This document shows, piece by piece, positions 42,584-51,070 of a DNA stretch of 64,000 nucleotides. Positions within the stretch are counted from its first letter, which is position 1. Each line of letters begins with the position of its first letter. The stretch is from an uncultured delta proteobacterium. Its GTDB lineage: Bacteria > Myxococcota > Myxococcia > Myxococcales > Anaeromyxobacteraceae. Under the pieces are notes generated by a model that was given only the letters and a program-made list of their open reading frames with translations, searched no databases and was not told the DNA's origin. The stretch is taken from NCBI GenBank assembly GCA_963845515.1, contig CAWJSR010000010.1, positions 64,001 to 128,000 of the forward strand. Reading direction: 5' to 3'. The position numbers were made by a program, and so were the translations under genes.

Positions 42584-43345
42584 GTGACCCTGACCCGCCC
42601 AGCCCAGACGCTCGCCGCCGCCGCGCTCGCGACTGCCGTCGTCTTCGCCGCTCCCGTCGCCGCGCTCCAGCCGGGCGAGGAGATCCGGATGTCGGTGAGC
42701 TACCTCCACCTCCCGTCAGGTGAGGGGACCATCTCCATCGGCCAGCCCGACGACAACGGCGTCTGGCCCCTCGTCTTCCAGGGCAAGACCGGCGGCTTCG
42801 TGGGGCTGGTGAACGTCCGGGAGCGGCTCGTCTCCTGGTGGGATCCGCTCAGCCGCCTCCCCTTCGGCTCCAACCTGTCGGCCACCGAGCTGGGCGACAG
42901 GCACGACGACGAGGCCCGCTTCGACCGCGGCGCGCTCAAGGCGACCGTCACGGTCAACCGCAAGGGCAAGGTGCGGACGCGCGAGGTCGACGTCCCCGCC
43001 GACGCGCTCGACCTCCCCAGCGTCTTCATGTTCCTGCGGCTCCAGCCGCTCGCAGTCGGGCAGCACTACTCGGTGCCGGTCCTCGCGGGACGCGACCTCT
43101 TCACGCTCGACGCCGAGGTCGTGAAGGTGGAGCGGCTCGACACCGACATCGGCGAGATCGACGCGCTGGCCGTCCGGGTCAAGACGGGCTTCAAGGGCAA
43201 GTTCGACTCGAAGCGCCCCACCTGGCTCTGGTTCTCGGCCGACGAGCGGCACATCCCGCTCCGGATCTCGGCCGAGTTCGCGGTGGGGAACCTGGTCGCG
43301 TCCATCAAGTCGTACCGGCCGGGCGGAGAGCTCGCAGCTCGTTGA
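42584..43345 (+). CDS. DUF3108-like exported protein
   Basis: Signal peptide; PGEEIRMSVSY, ALDLPSVFMFLR, LWFSADERHIPLRI. Confidence 0.78.
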   Translation: MTLTRPAQTLAAAALATAVVFAAPVAALQPGEEIRMSVSYLHLPSGEGTISIGQPDDNGVWPLVFQGKTGGFVGLVNVRERLVSWWDPLSRLPFGSNLSATELGDRHDDEARFDRGALKATVTVNRKGKVRTREVDVPADALDLPSVFMFLRLQPLAVGQHYSVPVLAGRDLFTLDAEVVKVERLDTDIGEIDALAVRVKTGFKGKFDSKRPTWLWFSADERHIPLRISAEFAVGNLVASIKSYRPGGELAAR

Positions 43346-43400
43346 TCGCGGCGCCACCCGTCCTGCTATCATCGCGGCTGGCCGCACCGGCGGCCGTACC

Positions 43401-44180
43401 GTGATGCTCCCACCCGCGCTCGCGCTCGCGCTAAGCCTGGTCGCAACCCCAGCGGGGCCGGCATGTGCGTTGCCAGCGCTGCTTCCCGAGGGGGCCCCCT
43501 TCCGGACCGGCGAGCTCCTCGCCTATGACCTGGAGCTGGTGCTGGTGAAGGCCGGCCAGCTCACGATGCAGGTCGATCGCCCCATGTCGCGCGGCAGGGT
43601 CCTGCCGCTGAAGGCGCGGGCGCGGAGCACCGCCTCCTTCGCCAACGTGAAGCGGCTGACCGCGGTCGGGCTCTCCTGGGTCGACGCGACTTCGCTCAAG
43701 CCCGAGCGTTACCACGAGGAGGGAGACGAGAACGGGGTGCGCCGCTCGCTCGACGTCCGCTTCGACCCCTCCGCCGACACGGTCACGCTCGACCAGCGCT
43801 GGCGGGACAGGAAGGGCCCGAAGACCTTCCAGCGGCAGGGTGAGCCGCTCGACGTCCTCTCCGCCCTCTACTACCTCCGCGCCGCGCGGCTCGTGCCTGG
43901 GGAGCGGTTCTGCCTCGACCTCGTCGCCGCCGGGCGCTTCTGGCGCGTGACGGCCCAGCTGGCGAGGGGCAGGGAGCGGATCGACACGGCCGCAGGCCGC
44001 TTCGAGACGATCCGGGTGGACATCGAGGCCTCGCGCGCCGACCTCCCGCCCGGAGCGACGGGGCGCACCCGCCAGATCCACGTCTGGCTCACTGACGACG
44101 CGCGGCGGCTCCCGGTCTCGCTGGTCGGGGAGATCGACGTCGGCCCCGTGTCGGCGACGCTCTCGTCCTGGCGCACGCCG
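43401..44180 (+). CDS. Second DUF3108-like exported protein; true end uncertain (expected stop missing)
   Basis: GELLAYDL, LDVLSALYYLR, AAGRFET, VWLTDDARRLPV; the frame reads on into the opposite-strand gene. Confidence 0.72.
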
Positions 44181-44211
44181 AGACGCCACGGGGCGTGCCG
44201 CCTCGCGCCCG

Positions 44212-44549
44212 CTACATCCGGGCGGCGACCTGGGCAAGCCGACGGCGCACGCTCGCGAGGACGGTCGACAGGTACTCGAGCTGGTCGATGGGCCCGCCCC
44301 CATCGCCAGGGCCATGAGCCGCTCCTGAGAGGTGCGCCCGTCCGAGAGCGTCTTCTCCACCGCCTCGACGTAGGCCTCGACCGCGCCCATGGCGTCGCGC
44401 GCCTCGCGCAGGTCGTCGGAGAGGAAGTCGAGCACCACGTGCTCGCGCGCCGTCGTCCCGGCCAGCCGGCTGCGGAGGGCGTCCACCGCGTCCACGCGGC
44501 GCTCTGCGGGGGCTGCGACGACGGTGGCGACTGCAGCGACGGTCTTCAT
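44212..44549 (-). CDS. Small helical hypothetical protein; frameshift near 44295
   Basis: AAAGGA SD, ATGA overlap with the upstream gene; MKTVAAV..LDFLSDDLREARD.. then PIDQLEYLSTVLASVRRRL in another frame. Confidence 0.55.
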
Positions 44550-45322
44550 GGCGTTCCTTTCGCCACGGCGGCGGCACGCCGCCGCCGAAGGGCCTCGATG
44601 ACGGCCTGGATGCGTGCAGGGGCCTGTCCCTCGTCGAGCAGGTCGCGGACCTCGCGCGCCGCGACCGCGAGCTCCGCCGGGTCCTCGGCGGAGCCGCGCG
44701 CCCCGGCCAGCGCACGCGCGAGCGACCATTCCTTCGGCGTGGGACCCCTTGCGGCGGCCCGGCCCATCGCGACCGGCCTCGGCAGGGCCGGGGTCGGCGC
44801 CGCGGGAGCTGCTGCGACCAGCGCCGCCCGCCCGAGGAGGACGTCCTCCCCGATCGCCTCTCCGCGCGCCTCACCCGGGAGGTAGACGCGCCAGAGCGTC
44901 CCGCGGTTGTCGCGGTGGAGCGGCTTCAGGAGCCGCCTGGTCACCAGCGCGTCCAGGATCCGGTTGAGCCGGCGTTCGGTGAGCCCCAGCCGGATCATCA
45001 GCTCCTTCTTGCCGGCGCGGCAGTAGTTCCGCCCCTCGCCCCACGCGAGCCGGAGGAGCTGGAGGTAGGCCCCCTGCTCCTCCGCCTTCAGGAGCTCGCC
45101 GAGACGGTCGAAGGCCTCCAGCGGCAGCGCGGCGAACGAGGCGCGAACGCGCACGGCGCCAAGAAGCTCTCCGCCGAACGGGAGCCGGCGCAGCTCGCCG
45201 GGCTCGAGCGACTCAGCCGGGATCGCGGCAGGATCGAGCCGGCTCGTCGCGAGCGACGACGACCCACGGATCCCCTGGTAGTACGCCACGCTCCGCGCCA
45301 CGCCGTCCTCCGACCCACGCAC
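44546..45322 (-). CDS. Winged-HTH hypothetical protein
   Basis: EEQGAYLQLLRLAW...KELMIRLGLTERRLNRILDALVTRRLL; TTGACC-N16-TACGCT upstream. Confidence 0.65.
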   Translation of the reverse strand: MRGSEDGVARSVAYYQGIRGSSSLATSRLDPAAIPAESLEPGELRRLPFGGELLGAVRVRASFAALPLEAFDRLGELLKAEEQGAYLQLLRLAWGEGRNYCRAGKKELMIRLGLTERRLNRILDALVTRRLLKPLHRDNRGTLWRVYLPGEARGEAIGEDVLLGRAALVAAAPAAPTPALPRPVAMGRAAARGPTPKEWSLARALAGARGSAEDPAELAVAAREVRDLLDEGQAPARIQAVIEALRRRRAAAVAKGTP

Positions 45323-45452
45323 CCACCAACCCGAGGGTCGAGCGTAATCGCGAGATATCGGCGGTCAACATTTTGGCGGGACATGCTGTCCCGCCCCGCC
45401 GGCGAAGCCGTCGGGGCCCCACCCTCCGCTGCGCGGGTCCCACCAAAAACAA

Positions 45453-45493
45453 TTCCCTCTCCCCCACCGGGGGAGAGGGAAAGGGTGAGGGGG
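45453..45493. repeat. REP-like palindrome
   Basis: Perfect 13-bp inverted repeat TTCCCTCTCCCCC-ACC-GGGGGAGAGGGAA followed by AGGGTGAGGGGG. Confidence 0.7.
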
Positions 45494-45503
45494 CGCGCGC
45501 GAC

Positions 45504-46022
45504 CTAGATCAGGCCGCGGCTACGCCGCAGAAGCTCGATGGTCTTCGAGTACTCGATGTCCCAGGCCGCAGTGCCTTCCTGAAGGTGCTTCAGGCGGGCG
45601 CGGGCCTCGCGGTCGATGTCCTCGTCAACGTCCAGGTGGCGCTTGAAGATGCCGAAGATCTTCTTCCGGAGGATCTGATCGTCCGAGAAGACCTCCTCGA
45701 CGTTCCGGGAGATGAGCAGGAATTCGATCATCTGGCCGATGACGTACTCGATCCCCTCGTCGCCCATCTTGAAGCCGCGGACGTCGGCCATCTCGCGCTT
45801 CACCTGGTTGAACCGGGAGTGATCGTAGCCGCGGCGATCGAGCGCCTCGCGGGTGGCCGCGTTCACGCGCTCCTCCGCCGCGAGGTACTCCTTCATGATC
45901 GCCTGCATGTCCATCTCGGCGTCCGCGATCCGGAGCGTCTCGATCTCGGCGTCCCCGTCCTGCATGAGGGCCTGGACCACCTCGCGTGCGATTGTAGGGA
46001 TGACCTTGGGATAAAGCCGCAT
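45504..46022 (-). CDS. DUF507-like protein
   Basis: MRLY.. start, two helical repeats, C-terminal RGLI; GGAGG SD. Confidence 0.75.
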   Translation of the reverse strand: MRLYPKVIPTIAREVVQALMQDGDAEIETLRIADAEMDMQAIMKEYLAAEERVNAATREALDRRGYDHSRFNQVKREMADVRGFKMGDEGIEYVIGQMIEFLLISRNVEEVFSDDQILRKKIFGIFKRHLDVDEDIDREARARLKHLQEGTAAWDIEYSKTIELLRRSRGLI

Positions 46023-46203
46023 GCGGTGTCCGCCTCCAACAGCCGCGCGGCCAACGCCGCTGCAGTAGCCGTGCGAGGACCGCGGAGCAAAGTAAAGTAA
46101 GGCCGTATAAACCCCGCCGTCCGGGGGAAGGCAAGGAAAAACGGCACCATGCCGATGATTTCAGCGTTGCTTAACTTGGGCGCAGCCCCGCTGGGCAGTG
46201 CCC

Positions 46204-46410
46204 CTAGAAGGTACGCGACGACGGCGGCGGCGCGGAGGTAAGCGCGATCGCGCCCGTGATCCCGAAGAAGAGCGCCGCGGTCCAGACGTTGGACGTGAGG
46301 GCGCAGGTGCCGGTCCGGCAGCCGACGAAGTGCGCGTAGAGCCCTCCGCCGAGGGCGCCCATGGCTCCTCCCAGCAGCGTCCTCCAGTGGCGGCGAAGGA
46401 ACGCGCTCAT
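46204..46410 (-). CDS. Small membrane protein with GCxxGxC motif (DUF6132-like)
   Basis: GALGGGLYAHFVGCRTGTCALTSN; ATGA overlap with the trxB stop. Confidence 0.75.
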   Translation of the reverse strand: MSAFLRRHWRTLLGGAMGALGGGLYAHFVGCRTGTCALTSNVWTAALFFGITGAIALTSAPPPSSRTF

Positions 46411-47339
46411 GCCCGGCGCTCCTTCACGTACTTCTGCGCGGCGAGGGCCGCGATCGTCCCGTCGGCGACCGCCGTCGTGATCTGCCGGAAGCGCTTCACA
46501 CGCATGTCGCCCGCCGCGAAGAGGCCGGGGACCCTGGTCTCCATCGCCTCCGTGGTCTCGACGTATCCGCCGGGTGCGAGCTCGAGGTAGCCCTTGAGCA
46601 GGTCCGTGCGCGGCGTCATGCCGATGAACTCGAAGACGCCGTCGGTCTGGAGCCGCTTGCGCTCCCCGGACTTGAGATCCTCGACCTCCAGCGCCTCGAG
46701 GCCCCCCTCGCCGTGGAAGGCGCGGGGCTCGTGGGAGAGGAAGATCCTGACCTTCGGGTTCTCGCGGAGCTCGTGGACGCTCGCCGGCTCCGCCTGGAAC
46801 TCGTCGAACTGGTGGATCATCGTGACCGACCTGGCGAACTGCGTGAGGAAGAGCGCCTCCTCGACGGCCGAGTTGCCGCCGCCGATGACGTGGATGTCCT
46901 TCCCGTCGAAGTAGGCGCCGTCGCAGGTCGCGCACCAGGAGATGCCGCGCCCCTTGTACTTCGACTCGCCGGGCAGGCCGAGCTCGCGCGGCCTGGCGCC
47001 CGTGGCGACGATCACCGCCGTCGCCTCGACCTCTTCCTCCTCGTCGAGCGTGAGCTTCTTGACGGGCCCGGAGAGGTCATGGGCGGTGATCTCGACCGCC
47101 TTGGCGATCTTCGCGCCGAAGCGTGCGGCCTGCGCGGCGAAGGCCTGGGCGAGCTCCTTCCCGCTTATGTCCTCGGCGAAGCCCGGGTAGTTGGAGACCT
47201 TGTGCGTCGTCTTCACCTGCCCGCCGGGGATGCTCTCGTCGACGACGAGCGTCTTGAGCCGCGCCCTCGACGCGTAGATGGCGGCGGCGAGCCCCGCCGG
47301 ACCGGCCCCGATCACGATGACGTCGTAGCGCTCTGCCAT
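46407..47339 (-). CDS. trxB: Thioredoxin reductase
   Basis: GAGPAGL, GGQ, ATGA, GISWCATCDG, GGGNSAVEEA, FAAGD, RQITTAVADG. Confidence 0.92.
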   Translation of the reverse strand: MAERYDVIVIGAGPAGLAAAIYASRARLKTLVVDESIPGGQVKTTHKVSNYPGFAEDISGKELAQAFAAQAARFGAKIAKAVEITAHDLSGPVKKLTLDEEEEVEATAVIVATGARPRELGLPGESKYKGRGISWCATCDGAYFDGKDIHVIGGGNSAVEEALFLTQFARSVTMIHQFDEFQAEPASVHELRENPKVRIFLSHEPRAFHGEGGLEALEVEDLKSGERKRLQTDGVFEFIGMTPRTDLLKGYLELAPGGYVETTEAMETRVPGLFAAGDMRVKRFRQITTAVADGTIAALAAQKYVKERRA

Positions 47340-47356
47340 TGCCCTGCCCTCTCTCC

Positions 47357-47692
47357 CTACCCGACCAGCGCCTCGACCTGCGCCTTGATTGCGGTCTTCT
47401 TGATCTCCTCGCCAGTCATCCGCTCGCCCACCTCGACGCCGCCCTTGAAGAAGACGAGGGTCGGGCTGCCGGTGACGCCTAGCTGCTGCGCGAGCTCGCG
47501 GTTCCCCTGGCGGAAGACCTTGACGAACCGGACCCTTCCGGCGAACTGCTCCGCGACCGACTCGAACTTGGGTGCGAGCGCCTCGCACGGAGGGCACTCG
47601 GTCGAGTAGAAGTCGAGGACGACAGGGAGCGTGCTCTTCAGCACCTCGGGCTCGTACCGGCTGGTGTCGATCTCCTGGACGTTTTCGCTCAT
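47357..47692 (-). CDS. Thioredoxin-family protein (CPPC)
   Basis: VVLDFYSTECPPC, GSPTLVFFKGG. Confidence 0.9.
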   Translation of the reverse strand: MSENVQEIDTSRYEPEVLKSTLPVVLDFYSTECPPCEALAPKFESVAEQFAGRVRFVKVFRQGNRELAQQLGVTGSPTLVFFKGGVEVGERMTGEEIKKTAIKAQVEALVG

Positions 47693-47703
47693 GGCTTCAC
47701 CGG

Positions 47704-47805
47704 TCAGTCGTGGCAGCCCGTGACCAGGCGCGAGGCCTTCGCGCAGCACTGGGCGGTCTTCTCGGTGGTGCAGCAGGACCTGGCGACCTTCGTCAGCATC
47801 TTCAT
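47704..47805 (-). CDS. Uncalled 33-aa Cys-rich peptide MKMLTKVARSCCTTEKTAQCCAKASRLVTGCHD
   Basis: AAGGAG SD 9 nt before the ATG, G/C at every sense third position, fills the gap inside an operon. Confidence 0.78.
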   Translation of the reverse strand: MKMLTKVARSCCTTEKTAQCCAKASRLVTGCHD

Positions 47806-47842
47806 CCGTGACGCTCCTTGGTTGGACTGCGTTGAACCCGCT

Positions 47843-48493
47843 TCACTTCACACCCTTGACGGTCAGGCTCCGGACCTGCACGCCGCCCTTCTCGTAGGGC
47901 TCGGTCCGCTCCAGGATCTCGACGTCGCCGAAGCCGGCGCTGCGGATGGCCGCCACGTACTCGGCCTCGGGGATCGCGCCGCCGTAGCAGGCCGCCCACG
48001 CCGCCGGATCGCTCCGTACGGCCTCGGGGAGCGCTGCCTCCGCGATGACGTCGGAGACGACGAAGCGCCCCCCTTCGCGCAGGACCCGGTGGATCTCGCC
48101 GTAGACCGCCGCCTTTTCGCGGGCGTGGTTGATGGTGCAGTTCGAGATGACGACGTCGGCGAACGCGGCCGGGAGGTCGAGCTGGGCCAGATCGGATTTG
48201 ACGAACGAGACGTTCGCGAGGAAGGGCGGCGCGCTCTTGCGCGCCTTCTCGAGCATCTCCTCGGTGGCGTCCACGCCCACCGCCCGGCCGCGAGGCCCGA
48301 CGCGCCCCGCCGCACGGATCACGTCCTGTCCGCGCCCGCAGCCGAGATCGACGACCGTCTCGCCAACTGCGACCTCCGCGTGGTCGAGCGCGCGCCCGCA
48401 GGAGAGCGAGGTCGAGCAGCAGGAGAGCGCCGCGTAGCGGGAGCTCACGGCGGTCTGAATCGCGCTGGCGTTCGGGATGGAGGTCTCGCTCAT
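47843..48493 (-). CDS. ArsM/AS3MT-like SAM-dependent methyltransferase
   Basis: RYAALSCC..LSCG, VVDLGCGRGQD, GVDATEEML, VVISNCTIN, EIHRVLREGGRF..SD, WAACYGGA; AAGGA SD. Confidence 0.8.
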   Translation of the reverse strand: MSETSIPNASAIQTAVSSRYAALSCCSTSLSCGRALDHAEVAVGETVVDLGCGRGQDVIRAAGRVGPRGRAVGVDATEEMLEKARKSAPPFLANVSFVKSDLAQLDLPAAFADVVISNCTINHAREKAAVYGEIHRVLREGGRFVVSDVIAEAALPEAVRSDPAAWAACYGGAIPEAEYVAAIRSAGFGDVEILERTEPYEKGGVQVRSLTVKGVK

Positions 48494-48594
48494 GCCGTCG
48501 TCCTTCTGGGTGGCTTCGGTCCTTGCGACCGTCTGAGCCACGCACCGACCATAGGATTCGGGTGTGCACCCGGGAGGCCGGGACCCACTTTCGC

Positions 48595-48616
48595 TGTCAG
48601 ACCAGCCTGACACACT
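48595..48616 (+). promoter_or_regulatory. TGTCAG-N10-CACACT motif (also palindrome TGTCAG-N6-CTGACA)
   Basis: Seen directly; ends 6 nt before the GTG of the exonuclease. Confidence 0.45.
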
Positions 48617-48622
48617 CTGCGC

Positions 48623-49441
48623 GTGCGGCGGTTCCTGACACTCGACCTCGAGACGGTCCCCGACGAGGGGCTCGTCGGCGCAGTGGCCGGCGTCCCCGGC
48701 CGTCCCTACGCCGAGCAGCTCGGCCAGGTGGTGGCGGACCGCCGCGCCCGTACAGGCGGTCGCAGCGACTTCCTGCCACTGCCCTTCCACCGGCCGGTCG
48801 CCGCGTGCTCGCTGGAGGCCATCGAGGACGGCGGCGTGGTGACCGTGTCGGACCTCTCCTCCTGGACCGACCGCTCCGGCCCTGGGGACGAGCGGGCCTT
48901 CCTCGAGCGCTTCTGGGACAGGGCCGAGGGGACCACGCTGGTCACCTTCCACGGCCGCGGGTTCGACCTGCCGGTCCTGGAGCTCCGCTCACTCAAGCAC
49001 GCGCTGCCCGTGGGCGCCCTCTCGCGCGGAGACGATGCGTCGGCAGGTCACTTCGACGTCAAGGAGGCGCTCTCCAGCCACGGCGCGGCGCAGGCGGCGC
49101 CGCTGGACCTCTACGCGAAGCTGGTGGGGCTCCCCGGCAAGGGGGAGGTCGTCGGCGCCGACGTGCAGAAGCTCTACGCGGCGGGCGACCTCGACCGGAT
49201 CGCCGCCTACTGCATGACCGACGTCGTCCAGACCTTCCTCCTCTTCCTCCGCTGCCGGCTCCTGGATGGCACGCTGACGCCCGACGGGTACGCCGAGAGC
49301 GCGGCCGCGGCCCGCGCCGACCTGCCCGTCCTCTTCGCGCGACGGCTGCGTGGCGGCGAGCGCCGGTTCCTGGAGGGGTTCGTGGATCGGTGCGCGCCGT
49401 TCTTCGGCGAGGCCGGGCCGCTCCGCCGCGTCGCGATGTGA
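48623..49441 (+). CDS. PolB-like 3'-5' exonuclease (DEDD)
   Basis: LDLETVPD, LVTFHGRGFDLPVL, LPGK, YCMTDV. Confidence 0.85.
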   Translation: MRRFLTLDLETVPDEGLVGAVAGVPGRPYAEQLGQVVADRRARTGGRSDFLPLPFHRPVAACSLEAIEDGGVVTVSDLSSWTDRSGPGDERAFLERFWDRAEGTTLVTFHGRGFDLPVLELRSLKHALPVGALSRGDDASAGHFDVKEALSSHGAAQAAPLDLYAKLVGLPGKGEVVGADVQKLYAAGDLDRIAAYCMTDVVQTFLLFLRCRLLDGTLTPDGYAESAAAARADLPVLFARRLRGGERRFLEGFVDRCAPFFGEAGPLRRVAM

Positions 49442-49524
49442 CGCTGGGGCGGCCTCCCGCGCCGCTTCATTCCGCGCACGCCTTCGGTTAGAACCCTGCA
49501 CCGCCGACCCGGGAGCAGAACGCC

Positions 49525-49797
49525 ATGGACTGGAAGATCTTCGCCTCGACCTTCACCGCCATCTTCCTCGCGGAGATGGGGGACAAGACGCAGCTCGCCA
49601 CGATGACCCTCGCGGCCGGCCACTCGCGCTGGACGATCTTCGCGGGCGCCGCCGCGGCTCTCGTCGCGGCGAGCGCCATCGGCGTCCTCGTCGGCGGCGG
49701 CATCGCCAAGGTGATCCCGCCGATCTGGATCCAGCGGGCGGCGGGCCTGATGTTCGTGGTGATGGGGGTCGTCTTCCTCTTCGGCAAGGGCGACTAG
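49525..49797 (+). CDS. TMEM165/GDT1 (UPF0016) family single-domain protein
   Basis: FLAEMGDKTQLAT. Confidence 0.9.
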   Translation: MDWKIFASTFTAIFLAEMGDKTQLATMTLAAGHSRWTIFAGAAAALVAASAIGVLVGGGIAKVIPPIWIQRAAGLMFVVMGVVFLFGKGD

Positions 49798-49886
49798 CGC
49801 GGCGGGGAAGTCCCCTGCGCTGGGTTGGCATCCTTGCCGCACCCCGGAGCGGGTGCCGACTTCTCGGTAAGTCGGTGCGATGATCA

Positions 49887-50930
49887 ATGGCGTCGGTCCC
49901 CCCGCGGAACGAGGCCCTGCTGATGGCGAGCCAGTCCTCAGCGAATGCGACGCGCGCTCCCCTGAGCGCAGCCGGCGGCGCCGCGGGGAGCGGCCCCTCG
50001 CCGTCGCCGCGCAGGATCTGGGTGGACCTGCTGCTCTACCCGACCCACTCGCTCCCCACGGCGCTGGCGCCCGTCCTCGTCGGCGTCGGTCTCGCGATCC
50101 ACGACGATGCGTTCGCGCCGATCCCGGCCCTGGTCGGCTTCCTCGGCAGCTGGGTCATCCACGTGGCCGGGGTCTTCACCGACAACCACGAGCTGCTCCG
50201 GAAGCACCCCCACCTCCCCGAGCACCCGGAGCTCACGCAGGCGATCCGCGACGGCACGCTGAGGCTCTCGACGCTGAGGGCAGCCATCGCCGGCTGCCTG
50301 GGGCTCGCGCTCCTGGCGGCACCATGGCTCTACGGGATCGGCGGGGCGCCCGTGCTGGCGTTCGGGGCGCTCGGGATCGTGGTCAGCCTCTCCTACGCCG
50401 GCGGCCCGTGGGCCTACGTCAGGCGTGGACACGCCGATCCGATCTTCCTCCTCATGTTCGGCGTCGCGGGCGTGGTCGGCACCTACTACATCCAGCTCGC
50501 CGCGCTCCACGGCGCGCCCGCGCCGTGGCAGCTCCTGGCGTCGCTTCCGCGGACCGCGCTCCTCGTGGGGCTGCCCGCAGGCGCGATCGTGACGGCCGTG
50601 ATGCTCATCGACGACCTCCGGGACCAGGAGTTCGACGCGGCGAAGGGGTGGCGCACCGGCGCGGTGCGCTACGGACCTGGCTGGAACCGGACCGAGATCG
50701 CCTCGCTCCTCGCGTTCGCGTACGTCGCGCCGGTCGGCTTCTGGCTCGCGCTCGGCTTCGACACGTGGGTCCTCCTGCCGCTCGCCTCGGCGCCGCTCGC
50801 CCTCTCGATCGCGCGGGCGATACTGGACATTCGCGAGCGCGCGGCACTCCTCCCGATGACTCCCAGGATGGCTCGACTGGCCGTCATCCACTCGCTGCTG
50901 CTGGCCGTTGGGCTCGCCCTGTCGCGCTGA
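49887..50930 (+). CDS. UbiA-family prenyltransferase, MenA-like
   Basis: Multiple TM helices; YAGGP, DDLRDQEFDAAKGWRT. Confidence 0.8.
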   Translation: MASVPPRNEALLMASQSSANATRAPLSAAGGAAGSGPSPSPRRIWVDLLLYPTHSLPTALAPVLVGVGLAIHDDAFAPIPALVGFLGSWVIHVAGVFTDNHELLRKHPHLPEHPELTQAIRDGTLRLSTLRAAIAGCLGLALLAAPWLYGIGGAPVLAFGALGIVVSLSYAGGPWAYVRRGHADPIFLLMFGVAGVVGTYYIQLAALHGAPAPWQLLASLPRTALLVGLPAGAIVTAVMLIDDLRDQEFDAAKGWRTGAVRYGPGWNRTEIASLLAFAYVAPVGFWLALGFDTWVLLPLASAPLALSIARAILDIRERAALLPMTPRMARLAVIHSLLLAVGLALSR

Positions 50931-51070
50931 GCTGCCGTCACGGGGACCCTCCTTGGGGTCCGCGCGGGAGCGCGCGCTGACGTCCCTGAGGGGCATGGCG
51001 GGCCGCGGGGGCGGTTGCCGGCAGCGCGCGGCGGCCGCAACATGGGAGTGGAGAGGGACGCAGGGCTCCG

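Noticed and set aside
46023..46203. Possible ncRNA in the 180-nt A-rich intergenic region
   Set aside because: No recognisable RNA family motif or strong structure; explained as the promoter region of the DUF507-like gene
47689..47706. Selenocysteine read-through of the peptide's TGA, which would add U-P-V-K-P and end in an ATGA overlap with the thioredoxin start
   Set aside because: No convincing SECIS hairpin follows the TGA and the frame coincidence can be chance; it would need Cys-aligned homologs to revive
49853..49878. Inverted repeat CCGACTT-N6-AAGTCGG upstream of the menA-like gene
   Set aside because: Single short dyad; cannot distinguish operator, terminator or chance
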